Shown here piece after piece: positions 9,799 through 19,712 of a stretch of DNA of 64,000 nt. Origin of the DNA: an uncultured Desulfobacter sp. (GTDB lineage Bacteria > Desulfobacterota > Desulfobacteria > Desulfobacterales > Desulfobacteraceae); the NCBI GenBank assembly GCA_963665095.1, contig OY762069.1:5248001-5312000 (forward strand), read 5' to 3'. How positions within the stretch are numbered: the stretch's first letter is position 1; each line of letters opens with the position of its first letter. Under the pieces are notes generated by a model that made no database searches, had not been told where the DNA came from, and saw only the letters and a program-made list of their open reading frames with translations. Both the position numbers and the translations under genes were made by a program.

Positions 9799-11604
9799 AT
9801 GCATCGAAAAAAACCAAAACTGATCTGGCGGATATTCCCATCCTTTCTTGTCATTATTCTGCTCTCCCTGACGGTGGAGGCGTGGTACTCAACCACCTAT
9901 TTTAAAAGTTTTTTCCTTGAAACCACTGAGCGGGAACTGATGGTCCGGGCCGCCCTGATGCAGGACCGGTTTGCCCGTGCCCTGTATACAGACGGCCTGT
10001 CCGCAGGGCAGATTGATGCCCTGTGCAAGAATCTCGGGGAGAAGATTCAGACCCGTATCACGGTAATAATGCCTACAGGCGAGGTGATCGGCGACTCCTT
10101 TGCCAGGGTGGAGACCATGGAAAACCACCGGAAGCGCCCTGAAATTCAGACCGCACTGAGCGGGGAGAAGAGTGTGGCTGTCCGATACAGTTCCACCCTT
10201 GATAAAAACATGATGTATATTGCGCTGCCCATTGTCCGTAACCGGCCAGACTCTGCGGTTATCCGGACGGCGGTATCCATCTCCGATATAGATGCCAAGG
10301 TGGCGGATATGCGCAATGCCATCTCTCTGGCTCTGATTTTAACTACCTTTGCAGCTGCCCTGGCAAGTCTTTATGTTTCCCGCAGGATCACCAATCCGGT
10401 GGAGCAGATGAGAAAAGGTGCCCAGGAGTTTTCAAAGGGGAATTTAAGCAACCGGCTACCCCCTCCGGATACCGAAGAGCTGTCCCAGCTGGCCCAGTCC
10501 ATGAATTTCATGGCTGCGGAACTGAATAAAAAAATCATGGATGTCAGAAACCGCAGCCGGGAGCTGGAGGCGGTTCACACCAGCATGCAGGAAGGGGTGA
10601 TTGCCATCAACAGCGATGAGCAGATCCTCACTATCAATAAAGCCGCAGCCGGGATATTTGACTTTTCACCTGAAACTCTGAAAACAAAGCATGTCCTGGA
10701 GGTGGCCAGAAACTACGATCTTCAGGTATTTATCAAAAAGGCGCTTGCCACGGATGAACCGGTTGAAGATGATATTGTTATTGACCGGGACGAACGCATG
10801 GTGCTCAATATCCACTCCACAGCCCTGTACGATACCCATGAAAAAAGAATGGGTACCCTGATCATTTTCCATGACATCACCCGGCTGCGTCTTCTGGAGA
10901 CCATGCACAAGGACTTTGCTGCCAATGTGTCCCATGAACTGAAAACCCCTCTGACCACCATAAAAGGGTTTATTGAAACCCTGTTGCAAATGATGGAAAA
11001 CAGCTCCGGCATGTCGGCGGAAGATGCCGCAGCCCAGTATGGCCGATTCCTGGGAATTATTGAAAAGAATGTCAACCGGATGATTGGTCTCATTGATGAT
11101 CTTCTGGCCCTGTCCCGGCTGGAGCGCCTCAAAGGAACCGGTATTCAGCTGGAATTCCATCATCTGGCCGATATGATCCAGCGGGCCGTGGGCTTTTGCA
11201 GGGAGAAAGCCAAAGAGCGGGGCATAGAGATAGAGGTGGCCTGCTCAGAGTCCCTGGCAGCCATGGTGGATCCCACGCTTATGGAGCAGGCCCTGATAAA
11301 CCTTTTAGACAACGCAGTAAAATACAGCGGTGAATATACAAACGTGACGGTCAGCGCCGAGCAGGTCGACAGCCACATCAGGATTCAGGTCAGGGATACG
11401 GGCATTGGGATTGACAGCGAACATCTGCCCAAGGTGTTCAACCGGTTTTACCGGGTGGATAAGGGCAGAAGCCGGGACCAGGGCGGTACCGGATTAGGTC
11501 TTGCCATTGTTAAACATATTGTCCAGTATCACAGCGGCCGTATTGAGGTGGAAAGCCGGCGCGGTAAGGGCACCTGCTTTACCATCACCATCCCTGCAGC
11601 CTGA
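9799..11604 (+). CDS. phoR: PhoR-type sensor histidine kinase (HAMP, PAS, HisKA, HATPase)
   Basis: FAANVSHELKTPLT, NLLDNAVKY, FYRVDKGRSR, GGTGLGL; probable start ATG 9799 (ORF-track start overlaps phoB). Confidence 0.88.
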   Translation: MHRKKPKLIWRIFPSFLVIILLSLTVEAWYSTTYFKSFFLETTERELMVRAALMQDRFARALYTDGLSAGQIDALCKNLGEKIQTRITVIMPTGEVIGDSFARVETMENHRKRPEIQTALSGEKSVAVRYSSTLDKNMMYIALPIVRNRPDSAVIRTAVSISDIDAKVADMRNAISLALILTTFAAALASLYVSRRITNPVEQMRKGAQEFSKGNLSNRLPPPDTEELSQLAQSMNFMAAELNKKIMDVRNRSRELEAVHTSMQEGVIAINSDEQILTINKAAAGIFDFSPETLKTKHVLEVARNYDLQVFIKKALATDEPVEDDIVIDRDERMVLNIHSTALYDTHEKRMGTLIIFHDITRLRLLETMHKDFAANVSHELKTPLTTIKGFIETLLQMMENSSGMSAEDAAAQYGRFLGIIEKNVNRMIGLIDDLLALSRLERLKGTGIQLEFHHLADMIQRAVGFCREKAKERGIEIEVACSESLAAMVDPTLMEQALINLLDNAVKYSGEYTNVTVSAEQVDSHIRIQVRDTGIGIDSEHLPKVFNRFYRVDKGRSRDQGGTGLGLAIVKHIVQYHSGRIEVESRRGKGTCFTITIPAA

Positions 11605-11667
11605 TCCAAACTTCCCTGTTTAAAGAGCAGTTTGTGATGCATAGGCGCTGCCCGGGTGACTTTTTCC

Positions 11668-12513
11668 CTAAATATCAGGGTAAAGGGCCTGAGCGTTATC
11701 TCCGAGTACCATCTTTTTCTGTTCCAGGGAGAGGCCGGACTGGTCAATGTCCCTGTAATATCTTTTCGGGGGCAGCAGGGGGTAATCGGTGCCGAAAAGC
11801 ACCTTTTCCAGAACGCCTGCTTTGAGTGCCATATCATAAATGGTGGCATCATAGAGAAATACGGAAGCTGCCGTGTCATACCAGATGTTTTTCAGCCGTT
11901 CCTTCATCTCTTTTTTCATGACGCGATAAAAAAAGATGCCACCGCCCCAATGGGCCAGAATGATTTTGTTTTCTCCAAAGGCCCTTGCCATATTGTCAAT
12001 TTGCTCCAGGGTCACAGGGGTTTTCCCCGGATAGGGATGACCTAAAGGTTCGTTGGTATGAATCATACACGGCAGATTGCCTTTTTCCTTCAAAAGCGCC
12101 ATGACTGGTTCTAACAGCCTGATGGCCCTGGCATCAATGCCGGACAGGTAAAAGGCAAGTTCACCTACCCCGGACAGCCCCGCATCAATACAGCGTTCAG
12201 CTTCTCTGGCCGCACCTTCCCACGAGAGATCAAAACAGGCCAGCCCGCGCAAGCGTTTTGGATGCGCCAGCACCGCTTCGATTACGGCATCGTTATTCCT
12301 TTTTGCATATTCCGGGTTGCGCCATGGAAACCCTGACACAATTGATATATCAACCTCATGGTGGTCCATGCTGTCCAGAAGTTCCGGGACAGTGGTGATT
12401 TTCGCCTTTTCAGAATTATAAAGAAGTTTGAATTCAGGCTCCTTGTCGAAAAACGGAGATCTGTCGTCCGAAACGGCTTGAAAAAAAAGATGGGTATGGG
12501 AGTCAATGATCAC
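11668..12513 (-). CDS. Amidohydrolase-family (TIM-barrel) metal-dependent hydrolase
   Basis: IDSHTH, GVGEL, LAHWGGG, YDTAAS, FGTDYP. Confidence 0.88.
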   Translation of the reverse strand: MIIDSHTHLFFQAVSDDRSPFFDKEPEFKLLYNSEKAKITTVPELLDSMDHHEVDISIVSGFPWRNPEYAKRNNDAVIEAVLAHPKRLRGLACFDLSWEGAAREAERCIDAGLSGVGELAFYLSGIDARAIRLLEPVMALLKEKGNLPCMIHTNEPLGHPYPGKTPVTLEQIDNMARAFGENKIILAHWGGGIFFYRVMKKEMKERLKNIWYDTAASVFLYDATIYDMALKAGVLEKVLFGTDYPLLPPKRYYRDIDQSGLSLEQKKMVLGDNAQALYPDI

Positions 12514-12601
12514 GTCTTTGCCCTCAAAATGATAAATATTGAAAAAAACTAAGAGGCAATATATATTAATTCCCTTGTTCAGACAAGGATGAATAAGGGA
12601 T

Positions 12602-13282
12602 GTGATGATGACGTATTATCCAATTTTTCTGGATATTAAAGACAGGCGTTGCCTGGTGGCAGGCGGCGGCAGTGTGGGTACAAGAAAGGCCCTGGGCCTT
12701 GCCCGGGCAGGGGCACTTGTTAAGGTGGTCAGCCCGGTATTTTCAACTGCCCTGTCTGAAACTGAATGCAAGACCATCACCCTGGAAGAAAAAGAGTTTG
12801 AGGTGTCTGATTTAGACGGCATCTGTCTGGCCTTTGCCGCGACCAGTAACCGGGAATTGAATGCCCGGATCAGGGAAACGGCCCGGAAGAATGGCATCTG
12901 GTGCAATATTGCAGATGGACCAGACAAAGGGGATTTCATTCTGCCGGCAGTGGTGGACAGAGGAGACCTTATGTTTGCCGTTTCTACCTGCGGGGCAAGT
13001 CCGGCCCTTTCCCGACGCCTGCGCAGGGACCTTGAAAATCGTTTCGGTCCTGAATACAATACCCTTGTAACCCTTCTTGGACAAATCAGAACAATCTTAC
13101 TGGATCGTGAGCATGATCCCCAGGGCCACCGCAGAATTTTTAATGCCCTGCTTGATCAGAATCTGCCTCAAATGATTGCCGCCGGACAAACCCAACAGAT
13201 AGATGCGGTGCTTTCCGGGATTTTGGGGGAGGGTTTCAGTTATAAACAACTGATGCCCGGAAAGTGCAGTCAGGAGTCGTGA
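12602..13282 (+). CDS. sirC: Precorrin-2 dehydrogenase / sirohydrochlorin ferrochelatase (SirC / CysG N-terminal type)
   Basis: YYPIFLD, GGGSVGTRK, CNIAD..DFILPA, STCGASPAL. Confidence 0.88.
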   Translation: MMMTYYPIFLDIKDRRCLVAGGGSVGTRKALGLARAGALVKVVSPVFSTALSETECKTITLEEKEFEVSDLDGICLAFAATSNRELNARIRETARKNGIWCNIADGPDKGDFILPAVVDRGDLMFAVSTCGASPALSRRLRRDLENRFGPEYNTLVTLLGQIRTILLDREHDPQGHRRIFNALLDQNLPQMIAAGQTQQIDAVLSGILGEGFSYKQLMPGKCSQES

Positions 13283-14115
13283 TGCCTATGAATCTTTGCC
13301 ATATCCTTTTACAGTGTGCCACTGTGTTTTATGTGGTCAGTATGACCGGATACCTTTGTTACCTGGTGCATCAGAAAGACCGAATCCAGCAGTCCTCTTT
13401 GGTTGCTATGGGCGTCGGGGCCGTACTTCATATGCTTTGCGTCGTGTTTCACACCATTGCCCTGGGCAGTCTGCCCATTTATACGCTGACCCAGAGTCTC
13501 TCCCTGGCCGGGCTCTCCATGGCTGTCATGTTTATGTATGTGCAGTACCGGTTCCGGCTGAAAATTCTAGGGGTGTTTGCCACGGCCATGATCAGTGTGC
13601 TCATGCTGGTGGCCATATTTCTTCCCGAAGCCGCAGCAACGCCGGACAAAATGTATAAAGGAATTTTTTTCTACGGGCACATCATTCTTATTTTTTCCGG
13701 GGAAGCCATGCTGGCCCTGGCCTGCGGTGCGGGCATCCTTTATCTGATTCAGGAGCAGGGAATTAAAGGGAAAAATCCGGGTTATTTTTTCAAGCGGCTG
13801 CCGTCACTGGATTTTCTGGATACCGTCTCCTATACCTGCATCACCACAGGATTTACCCTGCTCACCTTTGGTCTGGTGACCGGATTTATCTATGCCAGAA
13901 CCGTGTGGGGCAGCTTCTGGCGCTGGGATGTCAAGGAAGTCTTTTCCGTCGGGGCCTGGCTGGTATATGCGGCCTTGCTTCATCTGCGGCTCTATTCCGG
14001 GTGGCGGGGGCGTAATACAGCCATTATGGCTGTGGTTGGGTTTCTTATCCTTGTCTTCACCTTTCTGGGGGTCAATTTTTTCCTGGGCGGACATCATCAG
14101 GTATTTACAGGGTAG
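13282..14115 (+). CDS. ccsA: Cytochrome c assembly protein CcsA/HemX-like membrane protein
   Basis: WGSFWRWDVKE (WWD motif), LPSLDFLD, multiple TM helices; TGATG coupling to sirC with AGGAG RBS. Confidence 0.85.
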   Translation: MPMNLCHILLQCATVFYVVSMTGYLCYLVHQKDRIQQSSLVAMGVGAVLHMLCVVFHTIALGSLPIYTLTQSLSLAGLSMAVMFMYVQYRFRLKILGVFATAMISVLMLVAIFLPEAAATPDKMYKGIFFYGHIILIFSGEAMLALACGAGILYLIQEQGIKGKNPGYFFKRLPSLDFLDTVSYTCITTGFTLLTFGLVTGFIYARTVWGSFWRWDVKEVFSVGAWLVYAALLHLRLYSGWRGRNTAIMAVVGFLILVFTFLGVNFFLGGHHQVFTG

Positions 14116-14136
14116 AGGGGTAAAGCAGAACAGACA

Positions 14137-15414
14137 ATGCCAAAGATAATACTGATCGGCGCCAGCCACAAAACCGCCCCGGTGGAACTGCGGGAAAAAC
14201 TGGCCTTTTCACAGGAAGATATTCAGACTGCCCTGGAATTTATCAGGAAGGATGCAGGGATTAGAGAGGGGCTGGTGTTTTCCACCTGTAATCGTCTGGA
14301 GGTTGTATACGTGCCGTCGGATGATGACCGGGTTGATACGGTGCTTGAGTTTATTTCCGACCATAAAAAACTGCCGGTGAGACAGTTTAAGTCCGCGTTA
14401 TATATCCTTGAGGATGATGAGGCTATCCGGCACCTGTTCTGTGTGGCAGCCAGTCTGGATTCCATGGTAGTGGGAGAGCCCCAGATCCTGGGGCAGGTTA
14501 AAAAAGCCTATAAAATGGCGGTGAGTGCCGGTACCTCAGGGGTACTGCTCAACCGGATGATGCATAAAGCCTTTTCCGTGGCCAAGCGTGTGAGAAAACA
14601 GACCGGTATTGGTGACAATGCCGTGTCCATCTCCTATGCCGCCATTGAGCTTGCCCGTAAAATATTTGCGGACCTTGGCACCAAAAGCGTGATGCTCATT
14701 GGCGCCGGTGAAATGGCGGAACTCGCGGTCGAGCACCTCATGGCCCACCAGGTCAGAAAAATTGTGGTGGCCAACCGGACATTTAAGAATGCCCTGGCCC
14801 TGGCCCGCAAGTTCAACGGACAGGCTGTGCAGTATGAGGAGCGGGTGGCCGCGCTTGCTGACGTGGATATTATTATCAGCTCCACCGGGGCATCGGATTA
14901 TGTACTGACCCGGGACCAGGTCAAACAGGCAATGAAGCTGAGAAATCATAATACATTATTTTTCATAGATATTGCGGTACCCAGAAATATTGATCCCCGG
15001 ATCAATAAGATTTCCAATGCCTATGTATATGATATTGATGACCTGAAAAATATTGTGGAGACAAATATCAGCCAGCGGGAACAGGAGACGGTCAAAGCCG
15101 GACGATTTGTGGAAGAGGCCCTTGTCTCCTTCAGGCGGTGGCTGGATGACCTGTCGCTGGTGCCCACCATCAAGGCGCTGAACAGTAAAATGACGGCCAT
15201 TGTGGATCTTGAGTGTGAAAAGACCCTTGCGTCACTGTCCCATCTGTCAGAGGCGGATGCCGAGGCCATTCGCCGGATGACAAAGGCCATTGCCTCCAGG
15301 GCCATCCATGATCCCATATTGTTTCTTCGCAATACCGGTGACCACCGCGACGACTCTTTATATCTTAATGTGGCCAGGCATCTGTTCAATCTGGATATTT
15401 CGAATCAGGATTAG
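14137..15414 (+). CDS. hemA: Glutamyl-tRNA reductase
   Basis: HKTAPVELRE, STCNR, SLDSMVVGEPQILGQ, GAGEM, DIAVPR. Confidence 0.97.
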   Translation: MPKIILIGASHKTAPVELREKLAFSQEDIQTALEFIRKDAGIREGLVFSTCNRLEVVYVPSDDDRVDTVLEFISDHKKLPVRQFKSALYILEDDEAIRHLFCVAASLDSMVVGEPQILGQVKKAYKMAVSAGTSGVLLNRMMHKAFSVAKRVRKQTGIGDNAVSISYAAIELARKIFADLGTKSVMLIGAGEMAELAVEHLMAHQVRKIVVANRTFKNALALARKFNGQAVQYEERVAALADVDIIISSTGASDYVLTRDQVKQAMKLRNHNTLFFIDIAVPRNIDPRINKISNAYVYDIDDLKNIVETNISQREQETVKAGRFVEEALVSFRRWLDDLSLVPTIKALNSKMTAIVDLECEKTLASLSHLSEADAEAIRRMTKAIASRAIHDPILFLRNTGDHRDDSLYLNVARHLFNLDISNQD

Positions 15415-15426
15415 GTGTCAGGTATC

Positions 15427-16872
15427 TTATATATTCAGATTGAAAAGGGTACAGTCCCTTTCATTGTCTTCAATCAAATCCCCAGGGTCCCGTCTCTCAA
15501 GCGATTCTAATGTCCCGGCACAGGCAATGACCCGCTGCTGTGCATTTTGGATATGGCTGATAAACGTTTTGGGTCGCAGCATCTCACCCAGACAGCGGGT
15601 ATAGGAATAGATATACAGATTCTGGGACTCAAGTGCGGCAGCCAATCTGATGGCTTTGTCGAGGAATTTCAGTACAGTTTTCGTAGAACTGACTGTTCTG
15701 TGCGGAAAGACGTCCCACAGCATCACTGAAAAACAAAAATATAAGGTTGGTCTGTATGCCCTGAGTGTACCTGCGCTGTCATGGCTGGCAAAGGAGTACA
15801 TCAGGATCTGTTCCAGAAGATTAAAATCAGTTTTTTCCTTTGTCCGCCATCCGTAATAATCCAGAGAGGCCAGGAAATCAAAGGTGGTCTGCCGGAAAAC
15901 TTTTTGGGGAACGGAAATCTGCTGGGCTGGACAGTTAAAGAATTCCGGACAGGTATCCAGGATCTGTCTAAGAATTCGCGTGCAGATCAGAAGATAGGTG
16001 GAGCGGTATCCGGTGGGAGAGACCACCACCCCTTTTTCAAAAAGACGCTCTGCATGGTTGAACTCCCCCCCCTGTGTACCCCGGATTTTAAACGCTTTGC
16101 CGCGTTGTCATCTTCCTGCACACCGGGCTTTAGGCGGGCACGTTGCAGGGTCCGGATCGCTTCCCTCCATGGGAAACTCCACATAAATGGTGGTAATGTT
16201 ATAAGAACGCACCTTTCCCCAGCTCCCGCCCGGAATCATACCAAGACTAGACCGGATGTGTTCTTTTATGTTTTTTTTCAGCCATGCCAAAGCCTCCTGA
16301 TCTATCACATCTCCCCGGCTGTAAAGGCTTAGCCCGATACGGACGCCCTGGTCAATTTTCCGGGCAGACACACGGCTCCGGCACAGCTGTACCAGCAGTT
16401 CAATATGCCATTTTATATCCAGGTCCGGACGCTCGTATCCAATCCAGAAGGCAAGGCTGCGCAGTGCATTCAGTTTGTGGGACGTATCCGCAGGTTCCTT
16501 TTTCAGGCGCGAAAGCATGGTGTTGGTCAGGGGTGGCAGGGCAATGCCGCAGGTTTTGATCAGCAGATTCCCCCGGTCAGTAAGTGCCCGGCCGGACAGG
16601 TAGACCTGCAGCATCTCCTTTTTATTGCGAAATAATTGATCAAAGGTCATCTCTTCCGGAACCGATGTCTGCGGTTCGGACAGGGTGTGTTTTGCAATCA
16701 GATCCGAGAGATCTGTTTCTGTTTCCGCTCCAATCACCTCTTGGGAAAAGGCGAATTTTACCATGGAGTCAATTAGCGGCTGCTGTTCAAAAGCGGCCTG
16801 GCATTCCCGGAATATTTCATTATTCGGGAATAGGGAAAGAATCGCCTGGATGCATTTTTCTTTTTTTATCAC
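15427..16872 (-). pseudogene. Hypothetical protein gene, apparently disrupted
   Basis: ORFs 16108-16872 and 15427-16029 are in the same frame, separated only by TGA at 16108-16110; G8 tract nearby; family not recognised. Confidence 0.55.
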
Positions 16873-16927
16873 GACGTTTTATATCCCTTATGGGTTTTTA
16901 AATCATCTTCATGTTTTAAGCTGAAAC

Positions 16928-17793
16928 ACTATTGGCTATCAGCTGATGGCGGATTCCCATATGGGCCCCCTGGTCAGTGCAGACCAGCTGGCCACCGTGG
17001 AAAGATATGTGGCCCTGGGCTGCGAGGAGGGGGCTCGCATTGTTACGGGTGGAGAACGCATCACACTGGACGGGCTGGAAGGAGGGTTCTACTATCCGCC
17101 CACCATTTTTTCCGACATGTCCCCCTTTGGCGGCTACAAACAGTCCGGCATCGGACGGGAGATGGGGGCGGAAGGCCTTGCCGAATATACCCAGGTCAAG
17201 CGCATCCATATGCCCACCCACTCGGATGAACAGACCAATATGAATTTTGCCCTGATGAGCGACAATAAAAAGATGAACGGCTTTGCCTACATCGCCCCCA
17301 CCCGCCTGATGGCCGGTAAAGGTGCTTTAAGCAGCCTTCACAAGGTGGTGACGGACTTTGGTTGCAAACGGGCGCTTCTGCTCACCGACAAAGGGGTAAA
17401 ACAGGCCGGTCTTGCACAAATGGTGGAAAACAACCTGATCGAATATTGTGTGGGCGTATACGACGACATTCGGTCTGATCCGGATCTGGCCGCCATAGAC
17501 AAGGCGGTTGAATACGCCAGGAGCCTTCAGACCGACTGTATTGTCAGTGTGGGAGGCGGCAGCGTCATCGACAGCGGCAAAGCCATGTGCGTGACCCTGA
17601 CCAACGGCGGCAAGGCAAATGATCACCTGAACCTGATACCGGCCATCCGCTCAAACTCGGGAGTCAGGGTATCAGGGAAGATGACCTGATCATGTGTGCG
17701 TTTCATGCCATTGCAGACACGGCCACCATGTTCAATGCAAGGCCTGTGAGTGATCCCAATGATATTCTGACGCTCTTGAAGGCGGTCTTGTAA
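16928..17793 (+). pseudogene. Remnant of a fused aldehyde dehydrogenase / iron-containing alcohol dehydrogenase gene
   Basis: ALDH motifs MGPLVS, PPTIFSD, PFGGYKQSGIGRE; Fe-ADH motifs TDKGV, GGGSVIDSGK; Fe-ADH C-terminus GHPLKLGSQGIREDDL...NARPV...LKAVL* in another frame ending TAA 17791-17793; 5' end and two internal segments missing. Confidence 0.85.
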
Positions 17794-18162
17794 ACCCTGG
17801 CAGGCGCAATGGACCGGCTGATTGCCCATGACTGGGCGGGAAATGTTCGGGATCTTGAAAATGCCTTTGAAAGGGCTCTGATTCTTTTCAGAAAAGGTCC
17901 CCTTGACTTCAGGGAACTGTCTGATTACTCCTCAAGAGGTGGAGAACAGGTCGCCGGTAGCACATCGCAATTTGTGTCTGAAGAGTCTTTGAAGCTTGAT
18001 TCGGTCATTGCAGACCACATCCTAAAGGTGCTTGAGATCACAGGCGGGAAAGTGGCAGGAAAGAACAGTGCTTTCCGGATCCTGGGAGTGCATCCTGCCA
18101 CACTTCGCCATCGCATGCGCAAGTTAGGAATTCCTTTTGGGAGAAGACCGGCCATTCCGTGA
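17794..18162 (+). pseudogene. C-terminal remnant of a sigma54-dependent transcriptional activator
   Basis: HDWAGNVRDLENAFERA and Fis-type HTH (ILGVHPATLRHRMRKLGI); no Walker A or GAFTGA upstream. Confidence 0.85.
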
Positions 18163-18417
18163 CAAGTTGACGCACATGAATGCATATACGTGAAAAATAT
18201 TTTTACCTGCGGTATCTGACCGAAAGAACGGCACTTTTAAACTAAAACCCGGTTTACGAGGAAACCCGGTGGCAGGGATATTTTCCGGTCGGTAGAATTT
18301 TTTCGTTGACAGACTGACGGTTCAAATCCTATAAGCAGGTCTAGTCCCTTTATTAACGCCATTAATATTAATTCGATTGATTAGTGTTCTTTCTGTTTTG
18401 AGAATAGGAGGGGTGTA

Positions 18418-19467
18418 ATGGATAAGAAGAGAAATTACTACGAAGATGTCGCGTTTCTTTCCTCTGGTGTTGTATGTTTCTGGTTCATTGCACTTTTGGT
18501 GTTTCTTTACGGCTTTCCCTTTGTTGTTGAAAATTATTACATTTATCTGGCCAATTATATCGCCATCAACGTGATTGTGGCAGCAGGTCTGAATCTGCTG
18601 GTGGGATATACAGGGCAGATATCCATGGGTCATGCGGGATTTTTCGCCATTGGCGCCTATGGTACGGTCATTCTCATGACAAAGGCGGGGATGCCGTTTC
18701 TGGCCGCACTTCCTCTTTCCGCCCTTGTTGCTGCTCTTTTTGGATTTCTTCTGGGATTGCCCTCGCTGCGCCTTGAAGGACCGTATCTTGCCATCGCCAC
18801 CCTGGGGTTTGGATTGACCATCACCCAGGTTATTGGAAAGATACATTTTTTCGGGGGAAGAGAAGGCCTCCATGCGCCGGATCTTGTGGTGGGACCCTGG
18901 CACATCGACACGGACCAAAAATTTTATTTTCTTCTGATCACCATCACCATCATCCTTTTGATGGGAATGAGAAACCTTGTCAAAACCCGGGTGGGGCGTG
19001 CTTTTATCGCCATCCGGGATGCCGAAATCGCCGCCCAGACCATGGGGGTGAACATTTTATTCTACAAAACGCTTGCCTTTGCTGTTTCCGCATTTTACGC
19101 CGGCATTGCCGGCGGTCTCTATGCCTTTGTTCTAAGATTCATTGAACCTGAAATTTTTACCATGATGATGTCAATTATGTTCCTGGCCATGGTCATTGTC
19201 GGCGGGCTTGGATCAATGATGGGCGCCATTGCAGGGGCGGCACTGCTGTGCTGGCTGGACCTGCAGCTGCGCAATATTCTGGATATACCCTATCTTGGGC
19301 AGTGGCTCACCGTACTGTCAAAGAACTGGTTCTCCATCAACGGGGTTTCCAATATCCAGTACATTGTGTTTGGCTCCATCATGATTGCCATTATGCTTTT
19401 TGAACCCCTGGGAATTTACGGTATCTGGATCCGCACGAAAAAATACTGGCGGACCTGGCCGTTTTAG
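18418..19467 (+). CDS. LIV-type ABC transporter permease (LivM-like)
   Basis: GYTGQISMGHAGFF, RLEGPYLAIATL, GRAFIAIRD, VIVGGLGS. Confidence 0.9.
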   Translation: MDKKRNYYEDVAFLSSGVVCFWFIALLVFLYGFPFVVENYYIYLANYIAINVIVAAGLNLLVGYTGQISMGHAGFFAIGAYGTVILMTKAGMPFLAALPLSALVAALFGFLLGLPSLRLEGPYLAIATLGFGLTITQVIGKIHFFGGREGLHAPDLVVGPWHIDTDQKFYFLLITITIILLMGMRNLVKTRVGRAFIAIRDAEIAAQTMGVNILFYKTLAFAVSAFYAGIAGGLYAFVLRFIEPEIFTMMMSIMFLAMVIVGGLGSMMGAIAGAALLCWLDLQLRNILDIPYLGQWLTVLSKNWFSINGVSNIQYIVFGSIMIAIMLFEPLGIYGIWIRTKKYWRTWPF

Positions 19468-19659
19468 ACAATGGTTCGGGCTTCCCGGTTTTAAATCACG
19501 TGTGGTTCATACCGAAACATGACAGGATTAGAAGCAGTTTGCCTGGTTCTTTCATATGCCCCGGGGATTAAAAATAGAACATTGTAACCGGCTCATCTGA
19601 TCTGTTAAAAGTGCGCGCCTCAGCCGGTCAATTTGCAAATTAGTGTCCGCCCAGAAACA

Positions 19660-19690
19660 GCCTTAAACGCCTGCCGCAGGCGTTTAAGGC
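19660..19690. repeat. Perfect 15-bp inverted repeat inside the ABC operon
   Basis: GCCTTAAACGCCTGC-C-GCAGGCGTTTAAGGC. Confidence 0.8.
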
Positions 19691-19712
19691 AACAACTCAA
19701 TGAGGTGAATGA

